Part shown: positions 30,173 through 40,305 of the stretch, in pieces
Layout: every line of letters begins with the position of its first letter
How positions within the stretch are numbered: position 1 is the first letter of the stretch
Assembly (NCBI GenBank): GCA_913051545.1
Contig: CAJXCD010000002.1
Coordinates: forward strand, 55,991 to 119,990
Origin: an uncultured Chloroflexota bacterium
Lineage (GTDB): Bacteria > Chloroflexota > Dehalococcoidia > Lucifugimonadales > CAJXCD01
Direction: 5' to 3'
DNA length: 64,000 bases
Made by a program: the position numbers and the translations under genes
Notes under the pieces: generated by a model
What the model saw: only the letters and a program-made list of their open reading frames with translations
The model's database searches: none
What the model was told of the DNA's origin: nothing

Positions 30173-30332
30173 TTTCCACCATGTGTTTATGAATGATTGT
30201 AAATATTTAGATATTCTTAGGGCAGTGGATATTTAGAATAGACGTGATTGTAGCATTTTATTTAACTCGCCGGGTACATGTGCAATATAAGCGTCAAAAT
30301 GTGACGTCCTTAATTTTTGGATAACCATAACC

Positions 30333-30362
30333 TTGACAGGAACATACGTTCTGTTCTAAACT
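30333..30362 (+). promoter_or_regulatory. Sigma70 promoter with a LexA (SOS)-type operator in the spacer
   Basis: TTGACA (30333-30338), 18 nt, TAAACT (30357-30362). GAAC-ATAC-GTTC at 30340-30351 matches the Gram-positive/Chloroflexota GAAC-N4-GTTC LexA box. Confidence 0.7.
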
Positions 30363-30370
30363 GTTCTAAA
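30351..30370 (+). repeat. Tandem 10-bp direct repeat (CTGTTCTAAA)x2
   Basis: Read directly; overlaps the -10 element and adds two GTTC half-sites. Confidence 0.8.
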
Positions 30371-30405
30371 ATAAGCTATAAATAATATTCAATGGAGATG
30401 AAGAG

Positions 30406-30672
30406 ATGGAAGTACTAGATATTCCTAAAGTCGCGGCACAAGTCAAAATGGAAGGGATGCCTCCTATTCCTAAGCCTATATCGGTTTCTCCAAAAGATCT
30501 TCGTCGCGGTCAATCTGTAAGATATATTGGTCATCTTTCTGGCGGTCCTCGGTATGGTTCTAATGGAGTTGTAAGGGATACTCTCATGCGAGGGGCGTTA
30601 GTCGATCTAGGTTTATCCGGGAGGTGGAGGATTCCGTTTCATTTTCTTGTTCCTGTCACTAGGGTTGCCTAA
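30406..30672 (+). CDS. Small hypothetical protein (possible SH3/KOW-like beta fold)
   Basis: 88 aa, GGAG SD, first gene after the SOS promoter; LRRGQSVRY...G.V...ALVDLG..GRWRIPF pattern. Confidence 0.7.
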   Translation: MEVLDIPKVAAQVKMEGMPPIPKPISVSPKDLRRGQSVRYIGHLSGGPRYGSNGVVRDTLMRGALVDLGLSGRWRIPFHFLVPVTRVA

Positions 30673-30713
30673 CTTTCTATATATTCCTTTCAATTATTCT
30701 GTTGTAGGAGCGT

Positions 30714-31805
30714 ATGGTAATGAATCAGTTAACTAAAAATAGGGTAAGAATAACAGTAGTTGGGGTTGGAGGAGGAGGAGGAAATACACTTTCTCGTATC
30801 GTTGATTGTGGCAATGATGATATGGATTTACTGGCACTTAACACAGACCTGCAGGCATTAAATATGGTTCATGGTGCACAAACATTTGCAATTGGTCCGG
30901 AAACTACTAATGGTATGGGCTCTGGTGGTGAGGCTGACGTAGGGAGGAAAGCAGTTAGAGAGAGCCAGGAAAAAGTGTCAGGAATTCTAGAAGGATCAGA
31001 TGTGGTGTTCATTACAGCTGGTATGGGGGGAGGTACCGGTACTGGCGGGGCACCAGTCGTTGCAGACATCGCCCGTAAGCAGGGTGCCCTTACCGTCGCG
31101 GTTGTGACAACTCCTTTTTCGTTTGAAGGTCATTTGAGAACTGAAGTTGCCTCTAAAGGACTTCGTCAACTTGAGTCTAAAGTGGACACAATGATATGTG
31201 TAGACAATGACCGGTTACTTTCGAATATAGATAGCAGTTCAAATTTGGATGATGCTTTCCAACTTGCGGATGATGTTCTGCGTCAAGGGGTCGAAGGTAT
31301 TTCTAAAATTGTTACAGGTATCGGCGTGATTAATGTAGATTTTGCTGATGTTAAGACTATTATGTCTAACGGGGGAAGATCATTTATGGCTATAGGGACA
31401 GGGAAAGGAAATTCTGCAGCAATAGATTCTGTTCAAGACGCGCTCGAAAATCCTATGTTTGATGCCCCAATAAAAGGGGCATCAGGAATATTGCTAAATA
31501 TAAAAGGTGGAAAGAACCTCAAGATAAATGAAGTAGAAGCTATTACACAAATGATAAGCGATGCTAGTGGCTCAGATCCTCAGGTTATGTTTGGGCTTAC
31601 AAAGGATAACAGCAGACAGTGGAGGAAAAAAGTCGAAGTTACAGTTGTGGCAACTGGAGTTCAAGGGGTAAACGAATTGAATTCCGAAGCATCGAATGTT
31701 GGTCAGAAAGTTTTCTGTCCAGTCCCCAAACCTATGCCTAATTTTTCTAATAATCGAATACCTGCTTCATCTTTGTTGGGATCCCATTTTCACAAAGGAT
31801 CTTAG
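30714..31805 (+). CDS. ftsZ: Cell division protein FtsZ (stand-alone, divergent C-terminal tail)
   Basis: VGVGGGGGN, NTDLQAL, tubulin signature GMGGGTGTG, PFSFEG, T7 loop INVDFADV, VTVVATG. Confidence 0.93.
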   Translation: MVMNQLTKNRVRITVVGVGGGGGNTLSRIVDCGNDDMDLLALNTDLQALNMVHGAQTFAIGPETTNGMGSGGEADVGRKAVRESQEKVSGILEGSDVVFITAGMGGGTGTGGAPVVADIARKQGALTVAVVTTPFSFEGHLRTEVASKGLRQLESKVDTMICVDNDRLLSNIDSSSNLDDAFQLADDVLRQGVEGISKIVTGIGVINVDFADVKTIMSNGGRSFMAIGTGKGNSAAIDSVQDALENPMFDAPIKGASGILLNIKGGKNLKINEVEAITQMISDASGSDPQVMFGLTKDNSRQWRKKVEVTVVATGVQGVNELNSEASNVGQKVFCPVPKPMPNFSNNRIPASSLLGSHFHKGS

Positions 31806-31818
31806 GGAATTTACTAAA

Positions 31819-32682
31819 TTATTGTTGACTACTGAAATATTCTTGAATCTCCTCTACCATTTCGTCGGGTGTAGGAATATTCCCATCTTCAGGCCTAGAA
31901 TCGTCATATCTTTTTTCTAATTGCCTAACATAAGCCATCATGTTAGGCTGTTTCAGCATCGCCTTGGTTATTCTGTCTTGGTAAGTCTCTACAAGTTTTC
32001 CTAATTCACCATGCGGTATGTCAATATCAATGAAAGTTTTTAGCTTATCTAGTAATGCACATGTTACTTTAGGATTAATTCCTGTAGTGATATAGTGGGG
32101 GCTATGTCCCCATATACTAATAAAGTCGATATTATTATTTTGGCATGTTTCCATTATCGCTGATTGGATACCCGTAGGACCTTTGTATCCTGAATTAGGT
32201 ATTCCAAGCCATGTCATTCGATTGGTCAGTTCGTTTGTACTGGCACGGCCTGTTACTATCGGATCTCTAGTATGTGGTGTTTCGTCCAGTAATGCTCCTA
32301 GATGTATAACTGTATTTATCTTGCACGATTCTATAATGTTCATTATTTCTTGCGAATATGTTTTCCACATCAAATTAGGTTCTGTTCCTTTGAACAAGAT
32401 GATCCCTTCGTCCCCTTCAAGTGGGAGGAAATAGTAGAATTCATTTGTTGGCCATTTTATATATCTTTCACCACTTTTATTGGTGAGGGTTAAGGGGCGT
32501 ACTTTTGTAAAGTCGTAAAAAGGTTCTGGATTCACATCCGCGAATTTTTTTGCAGGTAGTGTTTCAACAAGGTGACTGACGGCCAGCGTTGCTGATTCGA
32601 TTGCGTCAGGCCATCCGCTGAAGGCGAGGATCATGGTCGAAAATGTTCCTCTAGGAATCTCATTTATACGGAGTTTTTCCAT
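31819..32682 (-). CDS. PAC2 (proteasome assembly chaperone-like) family protein
   Basis: AFSGWPDA, FYDFTKVRP, EPNLMW, LGALLDETPHTR, YKGPTGI, PHY. Confidence 0.88.
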   Translation of the reverse strand: MEKLRINEIPRGTFSTMILAFSGWPDAIESATLAVSHLVETLPAKKFADVNPEPFYDFTKVRPLTLTNKSGERYIKWPTNEFYYFLPLEGDEGIILFKGTEPNLMWKTYSQEIMNIIESCKINTVIHLGALLDETPHTRDPIVTGRASTNELTNRMTWLGIPNSGYKGPTGIQSAIMETCQNNNIDFISIWGHSPHYITTGINPKVTCALLDKLKTFIDIDIPHGELGKLVETYQDRITKAMLKQPNMMAYVRQLEKRYDDSRPEDGNIPTPDEMVEEIQEYFSSQQ

Positions 32683-32956
32683 TAATTTAGTCCTGTTATA
32701 TCAATTTTGCATTATTAGCAATATATGCGTTCGTGGATCATTTTCGATATATAGATTGACAGATTGTCAAACTCTGATCGAGGTTTGAAGTCATTCTGGA
32801 CACGGAAAAGAGAAGTTGCAGAACCCTTTGTGCCGAAATCTAAAACGGCTCAGAATTCACCTGATCTATAACATAGATTGTTTCATAATATTCGATCGGT
32901 TTCAAGATAGCGATTATCGCAGTCTTTTAAGGATAATTAATGTGATTTTGCTGTTA

Positions 32957-34312
32957 TTATTCGACCAAGAGATCGTATGCTAGTGCCACCATTGTTTTGG
33001 CACCTGTAACGATACTACGAATTCCTTCTGATTCATCTGTCCCATGGTAATTAACGAGACTAGGATCATCATCAGGATGGAATCCATGAAATCCATAAGT
33101 ATCGACTCCTAGTTCTCGAGTGAATCTAGAGTCTGTGAATCCTGTTGCTAGTCCTGGGACCCATTGTATGTCATTTCGACCCAGCGTTATGGCAGTAGCG
33201 TTCTTAATTTTATTTACAAATCCTGATTCAAATGGAGATGAATTCGGCACAGCCATATAGTCGATCTGAAAATCTATTCCAGGGATATCTCCGATTACGT
33301 TTGATAGTTCGCTTCTGACGTAATCTTCATCTTGATGGGGCAGTGTTCTGACATCGCAAGTTAATCTGATTGATTCAGGAACGCTGTTTGACTTGATTCC
33401 TCCTTTAACTATCGTAGGAGTTAGAGTCATTCTAGATAGAGCTCTTAAGACAGATGCTAATTCGATGTCCTTTCGTTCTGTTTCAGCTATTATTTCGTCT
33501 ATGTTTCCGCCGGTAGGTTTATCTTCTATAGCAAATGTTGACAGGTGTTGGAAAAGGTCGGGTGATACATCCCGTTCTGCTTCATAGTTTTCTATTCGCT
33601 CAATGACTTTGCTAAGAGAGTATGATGCGTTCTCTCCTTTCCAAGGTGTGGATGCGTGAGCGCTAGAGCCTTTTATGTCTATTTCAATCTGCAGTCTTCC
33701 TTTTTCACCTACTCCTAGCATATAAGCTAGGCCATTTGTGGAACTTACCTGGGTCCCTCCACCTTCATTTATAGCATAAGGCGCATAGATCTTTTCCGGA
33801 TATGTTTTAGCTAACCACTCGAATCCATATCGGCCACCGTGTTCTTCGTCTGCTCCCGAAGCTAATATAAGACCATTTTTTAAAGCAGGTATGTTACGTT
33901 TGAGAGTACGCATGGCCATCATTTGAGCCGCGAGCAGTCCCTTACAGTCTGCTGCACCCCGGCCATATATTCTGCCATTAGAAATTGTTGCACTGAATGG
34001 TGGAAATCTCCATTTACTTTCTTCTTCGACTGGAACTACGTCTGTGTGAGACATGAACATTAGTCCTGCCTCACCCGAGGTGCCTTCTATCCTAGCTATA
34101 ATATTTCCACGTCCAGGCGTCTTTTCAAGTATTTCGGAATTTATACCGTATCGAGATAACCATTCACTTATGAATTCACATACTTTAGTTTCGTTACCTG
34201 TTGGCATGACACCGGTATTTATGGATGGTATTCGCACCAGTGCCTGTTCTAATTCAATTAGTTCATTTTTTGATTCGTCTATTTGTTCAAGAAGTTGTAA
34301 GATATCTGACAA
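32957..34312 (-). CDS. M20/M25/M40 family metallopeptidase (ArgE/DapE-like)
   Basis: SHTDVVP, YGRGAADCKG, DEE, NEGGG, TDSRF, HGTDE. Confidence 0.9.
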   Translation of the reverse strand: MSDILQLLEQIDESKNELIELEQALVRIPSINTGVMPTGNETKVCEFISEWLSRYGINSEILEKTPGRGNIIARIEGTSGEAGLMFMSHTDVVPVEEESKWRFPPFSATISNGRIYGRGAADCKGLLAAQMMAMRTLKRNIPALKNGLILASGADEEHGGRYGFEWLAKTYPEKIYAPYAINEGGGTQVSSTNGLAYMLGVGEKGRLQIEIDIKGSSAHASTPWKGENASYSLSKVIERIENYEAERDVSPDLFQHLSTFAIEDKPTGGNIDEIIAETERKDIELASVLRALSRMTLTPTIVKGGIKSNSVPESIRLTCDVRTLPHQDEDYVRSELSNVIGDIPGIDFQIDYMAVPNSSPFESGFVNKIKNATAITLGRNDIQWVPGLATGFTDSRFTRELGVDTYGFHGFHPDDDPSLVNYHGTDESEGIRSIVTGAKTMVALAYDLLVE

Positions 34313-34324
34313 GAAAATCTCCTG

Positions 34325-35170
34325 CTATATTTCTGATTTGTTTCCACTGAGTTTAGACGCTAAATTCCCGTAGAAGGCAGAATTATCTCCATGTCTTAGA
34401 AACAAGGTTGAGTGGGGGCTGCGAGATATATATACGATTGAATCCACATCGAGGATGTTAGAAGTTATATCTACACTGATAGTTGATTGTAATTTATCTT
34501 GGACTCTAAGATTAATCACGTCACTCCCACTTATAATGAGACTTTTGCTGAAGCTTATGTGTGCTGCTAGGGGTTGAACTAATATCGTGTTTGATTCTGG
34601 GTAAATAACTGGTCCTCCCGCTGCTAATGCGTAACTAGTACTTCCAGTGCCAGTTGAAATAATAATTCCGTCAGCTCTGTAAGTGGCGACATGTGTGTCA
34701 TTAATTTGCGTATTTATATCAAGCAGTTTTGATGTAGATGCTCTGTTTATTACTACATCATTTAGAGCATGCATAGTTGTTGATTGTGCTTCTTGTTGCT
34801 TTTTGAATGTAGCTTGTAGCATCATTCTCTTTTCGATCCTGGGACTCCCATCTAGATAAGATAACAATCTGTCTTGAGCTTCTGGGACGCTTAATTCTGT
34901 CATGAAGCCGATCCGTCCCATGTTGATTCCCAGAATAGCTATGTTGTTGGGCGATGCAATTCTAGCCACGCGTAAAATCGTTCCATCTCCACCGATAGTG
35001 ACGATGATTGAAGCAGATTCAATGTGTTCCGAATTTGCGTTGAGAGTTTCTACGGGAGATATCCAGCAAGTATAGTACCGCCTAGCACTATCCATTAGGG
35101 TGTTTGCAAGTTGGATAGCATCAGGAAGGGTAGAATTATATACGAAGCCTATCGAATTCTTATAGGTCAT
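34325..35170 (-). CDS. nadK: NAD(+) kinase
   Basis: GGDGTIL, GINMGRIGF, LND, DGIIISTGTGSTSYALAAGGP. Confidence 0.93.
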   Translation of the reverse strand: MTYKNSIGFVYNSTLPDAIQLANTLMDSARRYYTCWISPVETLNANSEHIESASIIVTIGGDGTILRVARIASPNNIAILGINMGRIGFMTELSVPEAQDRLLSYLDGSPRIEKRMMLQATFKKQQEAQSTTMHALNDVVINRASTSKLLDINTQINDTHVATYRADGIIISTGTGSTSYALAAGGPVIYPESNTILVQPLAAHISFSKSLIISGSDVINLRVQDKLQSTISVDITSNILDVDSIVYISRSPHSTLFLRHGDNSAFYGNLASKLSGNKSEI

Positions 35171-35229
35171 GACGGCAAGGAGTCTAACATTGGGTTATTG
35201 TAGGTGTCAACGAGGGTGCACTTAGTTGT

Positions 35230-36723
35230 TTAAGATAAGGTAGCAGCAGCTGATTGAGCAATTTTTATTAATGGTGTTGGATATATGCCGAATAACATTA
35301 CCATGAAAGTGCTGACTGTTATGGCTAAACGAGTGCGGATAGATGCCGTTATAGGTTCCTCTGTGTCACTGGATGATAAATACATCACTTTTATGACTCG
35401 TAGATAGTAGTATGCGGATAGAACACTATTAAGCACTCCGATCACGGCTAACCAAGCAAGACCTGAATCCACTGCAGCTCCAAAGATATAGAGTTTTACC
35501 ATGAATCCAACGGTTGGAGGTATTCCTATCAAAGATACCAGGGCCAATGCGAGCACTCCACCCGTAAGTGGGAATTTTCTTCCAATACCAGCAAAACTAG
35601 ATATTTTGTTGTCACCGACTGAGTTTGATATTATTATCACTGATCCAAATGCAGCGAGATTTGTCAGTCCATAACCACCCAAGTAGAACAATATTCCACT
35701 AATGCCTTGATGAGGACCTTGTGTGATTGTATTTGTGGATAAAGAAGCTAAACCAACTAATAAATAACCAGCATGGGCTACTGCACTATAAGCTAGCATC
35801 CGCTTAATGTTTGATTGCGAGATAGCAAGTAGGTTTCCGATTGTCATGGATAAGGCTGCTAATATTGCAAATATCATAGTCCACTCTACTCTTAGGACAT
35901 CATGCTGGAATGCTTCGTGGAAAACTCGTAGGACTATTGCGAAACCAGCCGCCTTACTAGCGACTGATAGAAATGCAGTTATAGGTGTTGGAGAACCTTC
36001 GTATACGTCAGGGGCCCACATGTGGAATGGCACCACTGTTATCTTAAATCCAAATCCGGCGATTATAAGGGTAATACCCAAGAGTAGAGCATAGTTTCCA
36101 AATGGTTGCGTTCCTAATAACCCGCCCTGATTTATAGCCGATGCTATTTCAGATAAAACCGTTGTACCAGTAAATCCATAAACCAATACCATACCGTACA
36201 GAAGTATTGCTGAACTGACCCCACTCAGAACGAGGAATTTCAGGCCAGCCTCTGATGATTTATTACTGCGCAGGAAAGTCGCTAATGCTGCAATCGGAAG
36301 TGCAGAAAGTTCCAAAGCAATGTATATCGTAATCAGTTCTACTGTTGACGCCATTAACATCATTCCAGACGTTGATAATAGGATTAATACTATAAATTCA
36401 GTCTGAAAATTTTGGAATTTCTTCGAGTAGTCCGTAGAAAGCAGTATTACAGTTTCAGCTGCCCCTAGAAGAATAAATTTTAGAAAAATACTAAATCCGT
36501 CGACTTTTAGGGAGTCTTTTAAGATCCCTTGATTTTGTACAATTCCATTTTCCATATCCATCCATAGTATGACACTTAATATGATTGGGATCACAAGGCC
36601 TATAGATGAAATTGATTGTGCTATCGTATCCTTTTTGGTAATGAAGTTAATAGCTAAAATGATGAAACTTAGAACTATTACGCTCAGTTCCGGCGAAAGG
36701 ATATATATATCATGAAATGTCAT
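35230..36723 (-). CDS. nuoN: NADH-quinone oxidoreductase subunit N
   Basis: EAGLKF, FKITVVPFHMWAPDVYEGSP, KRMLAYS. Confidence 0.95.
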   Translation of the reverse strand: MTFHDIYILSPELSVIVLSFIILAINFITKKDTIAQSISSIGLVIPIILSVILWMDMENGIVQNQGILKDSLKVDGFSIFLKFILLGAAETVILLSTDYSKKFQNFQTEFIVLILLSTSGMMLMASTVELITIYIALELSALPIAALATFLRSNKSSEAGLKFLVLSGVSSAILLYGMVLVYGFTGTTVLSEIASAINQGGLLGTQPFGNYALLLGITLIIAGFGFKITVVPFHMWAPDVYEGSPTPITAFLSVASKAAGFAIVLRVFHEAFQHDVLRVEWTMIFAILAALSMTIGNLLAISQSNIKRMLAYSAVAHAGYLLVGLASLSTNTITQGPHQGISGILFYLGGYGLTNLAAFGSVIIISNSVGDNKISSFAGIGRKFPLTGGVLALALVSLIGIPPTVGFMVKLYIFGAAVDSGLAWLAVIGVLNSVLSAYYYLRVIKVMYLSSSDTEEPITASIRTRLAITVSTFMVMLFGIYPTPLIKIAQSAAATLS

Positions 36724-36740
36724 TTATTAACCTTGACTTG

Positions 36741-38303
36741 CTAATTAAATATGAATGCCAGCAGATTATTTTGATTTGAACCTAGTTCTACTGACGCAGC
36801 GTTATCTGATATCCCCTGTATTATAGGGGATATCCCTAGTTGAAATACGTCACTTATAATTGAAGGGAACAATCCTATAACAAGTACACTAATAGCTAAT
36901 ATAGCTAGAGGTACGGCTTCTAAAGTAGATGCATCCCTAACATTATTGAATCTCTCGATAGACGGCCCAAAAAATGTTCGTTGTATCATCCAGAGGATAT
37001 ATCCCGCAGTTATCACTATACCAAATGCACTCAATAAGGTGCCTATGTTCCAGACGGGGAATGTTCCAAGAAACACCAATACTTCAGACACAAATCCACT
37101 TGTGCCAGGTAGTCCTAAGGATGCAAGGCCTGCTAGGATAAATCCCGATGCTAGAATTGGCATTCTAGTTGCGAGACCTCCAAGATCTGGAATATGTCTT
37201 GTATGAGCTTTCTCATACACTAGACCTACTAACAAAAACATCAGACCAGTAATTGTTCCATGAGTAAACATTTGCATCGCAGCACCAGTTAGCCCTACGG
37301 TGGCGTTTCCTGCTGCACCAGCTACAGATGATATCCCTACAAGTACATACCCCATGTGACTTATGCTACTAAAGGCTATCAGTCTCTTAAGATCCGTCTG
37401 GCGTAATGTGACGATAGCACCATAAAGCACATTTATAACTCCTAGGGTAATAAGTATCCATGCTACTTCAGTGATAACGTTTGGGAACATGCTTACTGAT
37501 ACCCTAAGCATGCCATATCCTCCCATTTTTAATAGCACACCGGCTAGCATAACGCTGACAGCTGTTGGTGCATCTGTATGCGCATCAGGGAGCCATGTAT
37601 GAAAGGGCCATACAGGTAATTTGACGGCAAACCCTACAAAAAGCAAAGTGAATATGAGCCCTGACGGGATAATCAGAGTCGCAGTTTGAATTTTGGAAGG
37701 CAATTCTGTCATATCAAAAGTGTGTATTCCGGTGGAAAAATAAAGAGCTAATATTCCTATTAACATGAAGGCACTAGCTAGGAATGTAAATATAAGGAAT
37801 TTCATGGCTGAGTATTCCTTACGTCCACTTCCCCATATAGATATCAGAAAGAACATTGGTATGAGTTCTAGTTCCCAGAGCAGAAAGAAAAGGATGAAGT
37901 CTAATGCAGTAAATACACCAACGACTGCAGTTTGTAGTACCAATAGCCAAACAAAATATTCTTTAACTCTTTGTTTTATTCCTAATGAAGCAAATATCGC
38001 AGAAATACCAAGTAGTCCAGATAGTAATACGAGAGGTGCACTAAGGCCATCAACAGCTAAGAAATAATTCACATTTAAAGAATCAAATGGAATCCATTCG
38101 GAAGTTTTATCCACAAATTGGTATTGAGCACCTCCTTTTTCGTATCCGAAAAATATTACGGATGTAAGGACTAGTTCAATTACTCCAATTAACACAGCAA
38201 AGTATCTTATGGATTTCGCACCATTAATAGCTAAAGCGATTATTATGGCTCCTACCAGAGGTAGGAATACTGTAATAGTCAATATGCCAGAAAAGTTTTC
38301 CAA
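36741..38303 (-). CDS. nuoM: NADH-quinone oxidoreductase subunit M
   Basis: KLPVWPFHTWLPDAH, LLKMGGYG, DLKRLIAFSS. Confidence 0.95.
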   Translation of the reverse strand: MENFSGILTITVFLPLVGAIIIALAINGAKSIRYFAVLIGVIELVLTSVIFFGYEKGGAQYQFVDKTSEWIPFDSLNVNYFLAVDGLSAPLVLLSGLLGISAIFASLGIKQRVKEYFVWLLVLQTAVVGVFTALDFILFFLLWELELIPMFFLISIWGSGRKEYSAMKFLIFTFLASAFMLIGILALYFSTGIHTFDMTELPSKIQTATLIIPSGLIFTLLFVGFAVKLPVWPFHTWLPDAHTDAPTAVSVMLAGVLLKMGGYGMLRVSVSMFPNVITEVAWILITLGVINVLYGAIVTLRQTDLKRLIAFSSISHMGYVLVGISSVAGAAGNATVGLTGAAMQMFTHGTITGLMFLLVGLVYEKAHTRHIPDLGGLATRMPILASGFILAGLASLGLPGTSGFVSEVLVFLGTFPVWNIGTLLSAFGIVITAGYILWMIQRTFFGPSIERFNNVRDASTLEAVPLAILAISVLVIGLFPSIISDVFQLGISPIIQGISDNAASVELGSNQNNLLAFIFN

Positions 38304-38315
38304 ACGAACTCCCTA

Positions 38316-40277
38316 TTATTTGAACAGGATATATATAACTATAATTAATATCGTACCCAGAGATAGAATTAAACCATAACCTTGAGACTGCCCTGTTTGT
38401 ATAGGAGCAATTATTTTTCCGAGGTTTCGGCTAACTAATCCAATTTGGCGAACTATTCCATCTATAACCAATCGATCCGCCCAATCTATTGATTTAGCTA
38501 TCGAGTTGTATATAACTCGAGTTGTGATGAATGACTCATAAAATTCATCCAGGAAATATTTATTGATAAGTACCCTGTGTATAGGATTCGTAATCCTATA
38601 CACACTATGTGAGATTAGTTTAGGTTGCCCATAAATCAGATAAGCTAAAAGTATACCTGCACCAGCTATTAAACTGGATAAAATAGCTACAACAAAATTG
38701 AATTTTATTGAATCAGCATGTAGGAAATGTGAGAGCCAGTGTTCTGGAATCACTACTAGGTTGACAGGTGGATTTACCAAGAATCCACCAATAATTGACA
38801 TTAATCCTAAAACTAGAAGAGGTACCACCATTGCTTTTGGGGATTCTTGTAGATGAACATCAGGATTAATCAGATTTAGAGATGGGTCTGATTGCGCACC
38901 TCCTTTAAAATCCCCTTCAAATGTCATAAATATAACTCTAAACATATAGAAGGCTGTCATAAATACAGCCAACAATGCAAATATGTAAACTATAGTAGAT
39001 ATGTTCATGCTGCTAGACCAGGCATGTGTTAATATTTCGTCCTTGCTCCAGAATCCAGCTAGAGGGAAAATTCCAGAAAGACTTAGTGCTCCGATTAGGA
39101 ATGTCGAGTATGTCCATGGCATAGATTTACGTAGTCCTCCCATGTACCTCATGTCAAACGTTCCTGTAGCATGGTTGACGCTTCCTGATCCTAAGAACAG
39201 TAATGCCTTGAAAAATGCGTGAGTGAAAAGATGAAATATTGCTGGTCCATAGGCACCTATTCCTAGAGCCAACATCATGTATCCTAATTGACTTATGGTC
39301 GAATAAGCCAAAACTCTCTTTATGTCGGTCATTACTAGTCCCATGGATGCCGCAAATAAGGCTGTAAAAACACCTGTTACAGCAACTGTTGTCATTGCTG
39401 CTTCCGAAGAATGAAAAAGATCAAAGAATCTAGCTACTAAAAATACTCCAGCAGCGACCATAGTGGCGGCATGGATTAATGCACTGACAGGGGTTGGTCC
39501 TTCCATAGCATCTGGTAGCCAGGTATGTAATGGGAATTGTCCAGATTTCCCGATAGCGCCAGCAAAAATGCCTATCGCTACCCAGGTCACCACTCCACTA
39601 GCTAAAATTCCAGTTTTAGCAGCAAGGTTAATATCGCTTATGTCTAACGAATTTAGACCGTTAGCTGCGAAAGTCTCTCCGTTTGAAAATAGGTAGAGTA
39701 TTGCTAAAAGCAACCCAAAGTCGCCAAATCGGGTAATTATGAAAGCCTTTTTGGCGGCCGCTGCAGCAGAAGGTTTATGGTACCAAAATCCAATTAGCAG
39801 GTAAGAACTGAGTCCAACGAGTTCCCAGAAGGCGTAAAGCTGAACAACATTGCTTGCCATAATGAGACCTATCATTGAAGCAGTGAAGAGTGACATGTAT
39901 GCAAAATAACGCGAATAGCCTGAGTCGTTCTCCATGTAGGATGTTGAATAAATTTGGACCATCAAACTAACACTCGTGACTACAATTAGCATAATGGCAG
40001 TTAGTGAATCCGATATAATCCCGATACTAATTTCCAGAATACCTAACGAGATCCAACTTTGTGATTGGTAGCTATCTATGCTCACATCGTTATTTATTAC
40101 GCTTATAAGAAACCAAATTGATAAGAATAGTGAGATACTTATAGACGCAATCGTCAAATGACTGGATACATTACGGAATTGATTAAAGAATGGACGTATT
40201 ACTATAGATATAACGGCGAACGATAGGAAGGGCGATAATAGTATAAGCCACACTACGTTTTCAGGTATCACGCACAT
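38316..40277 (-). CDS. nuoL: NADH-quinone oxidoreductase subunit L
   Basis: WELVGLSSYLLIGFW, GKSGQFPLHTWLPDAMEGPTP, HAFFKALLF. Confidence 0.95.
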   Translation of the reverse strand: MCVIPENVVWLILLSPFLSFAVISIVIRPFFNQFRNVSSHLTIASISISLFLSIWFLISVINNDVSIDSYQSQSWISLGILEISIGIISDSLTAIMLIVVTSVSLMVQIYSTSYMENDSGYSRYFAYMSLFTASMIGLIMASNVVQLYAFWELVGLSSYLLIGFWYHKPSAAAAAKKAFIITRFGDFGLLLAILYLFSNGETFAANGLNSLDISDINLAAKTGILASGVVTWVAIGIFAGAIGKSGQFPLHTWLPDAMEGPTPVSALIHAATMVAAGVFLVARFFDLFHSSEAAMTTVAVTGVFTALFAASMGLVMTDIKRVLAYSTISQLGYMMLALGIGAYGPAIFHLFTHAFFKALLFLGSGSVNHATGTFDMRYMGGLRKSMPWTYSTFLIGALSLSGIFPLAGFWSKDEILTHAWSSSMNISTIVYIFALLAVFMTAFYMFRVIFMTFEGDFKGGAQSDPSLNLINPDVHLQESPKAMVVPLLVLGLMSIIGGFLVNPPVNLVVIPEHWLSHFLHADSIKFNFVVAILSSLIAGAGILLAYLIYGQPKLISHSVYRITNPIHRVLINKYFLDEFYESFITTRVIYNSIAKSIDWADRLVIDGIVRQIGLVSRNLGKIIAPIQTGQSQGYGLILSLGTILIIVIYILFK

Positions 40278-40305
40278 ACTCCATAATTTTTATGTGGATT
40301 TGGTT

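Noticed and set aside
32784-32792. GACTTCAAA on the minus strand, resembling the tRNA-Sec anticodon loop
   Set aside because: The flanks do not form an anticodon stem, and no T-arm or acceptor stem is present.
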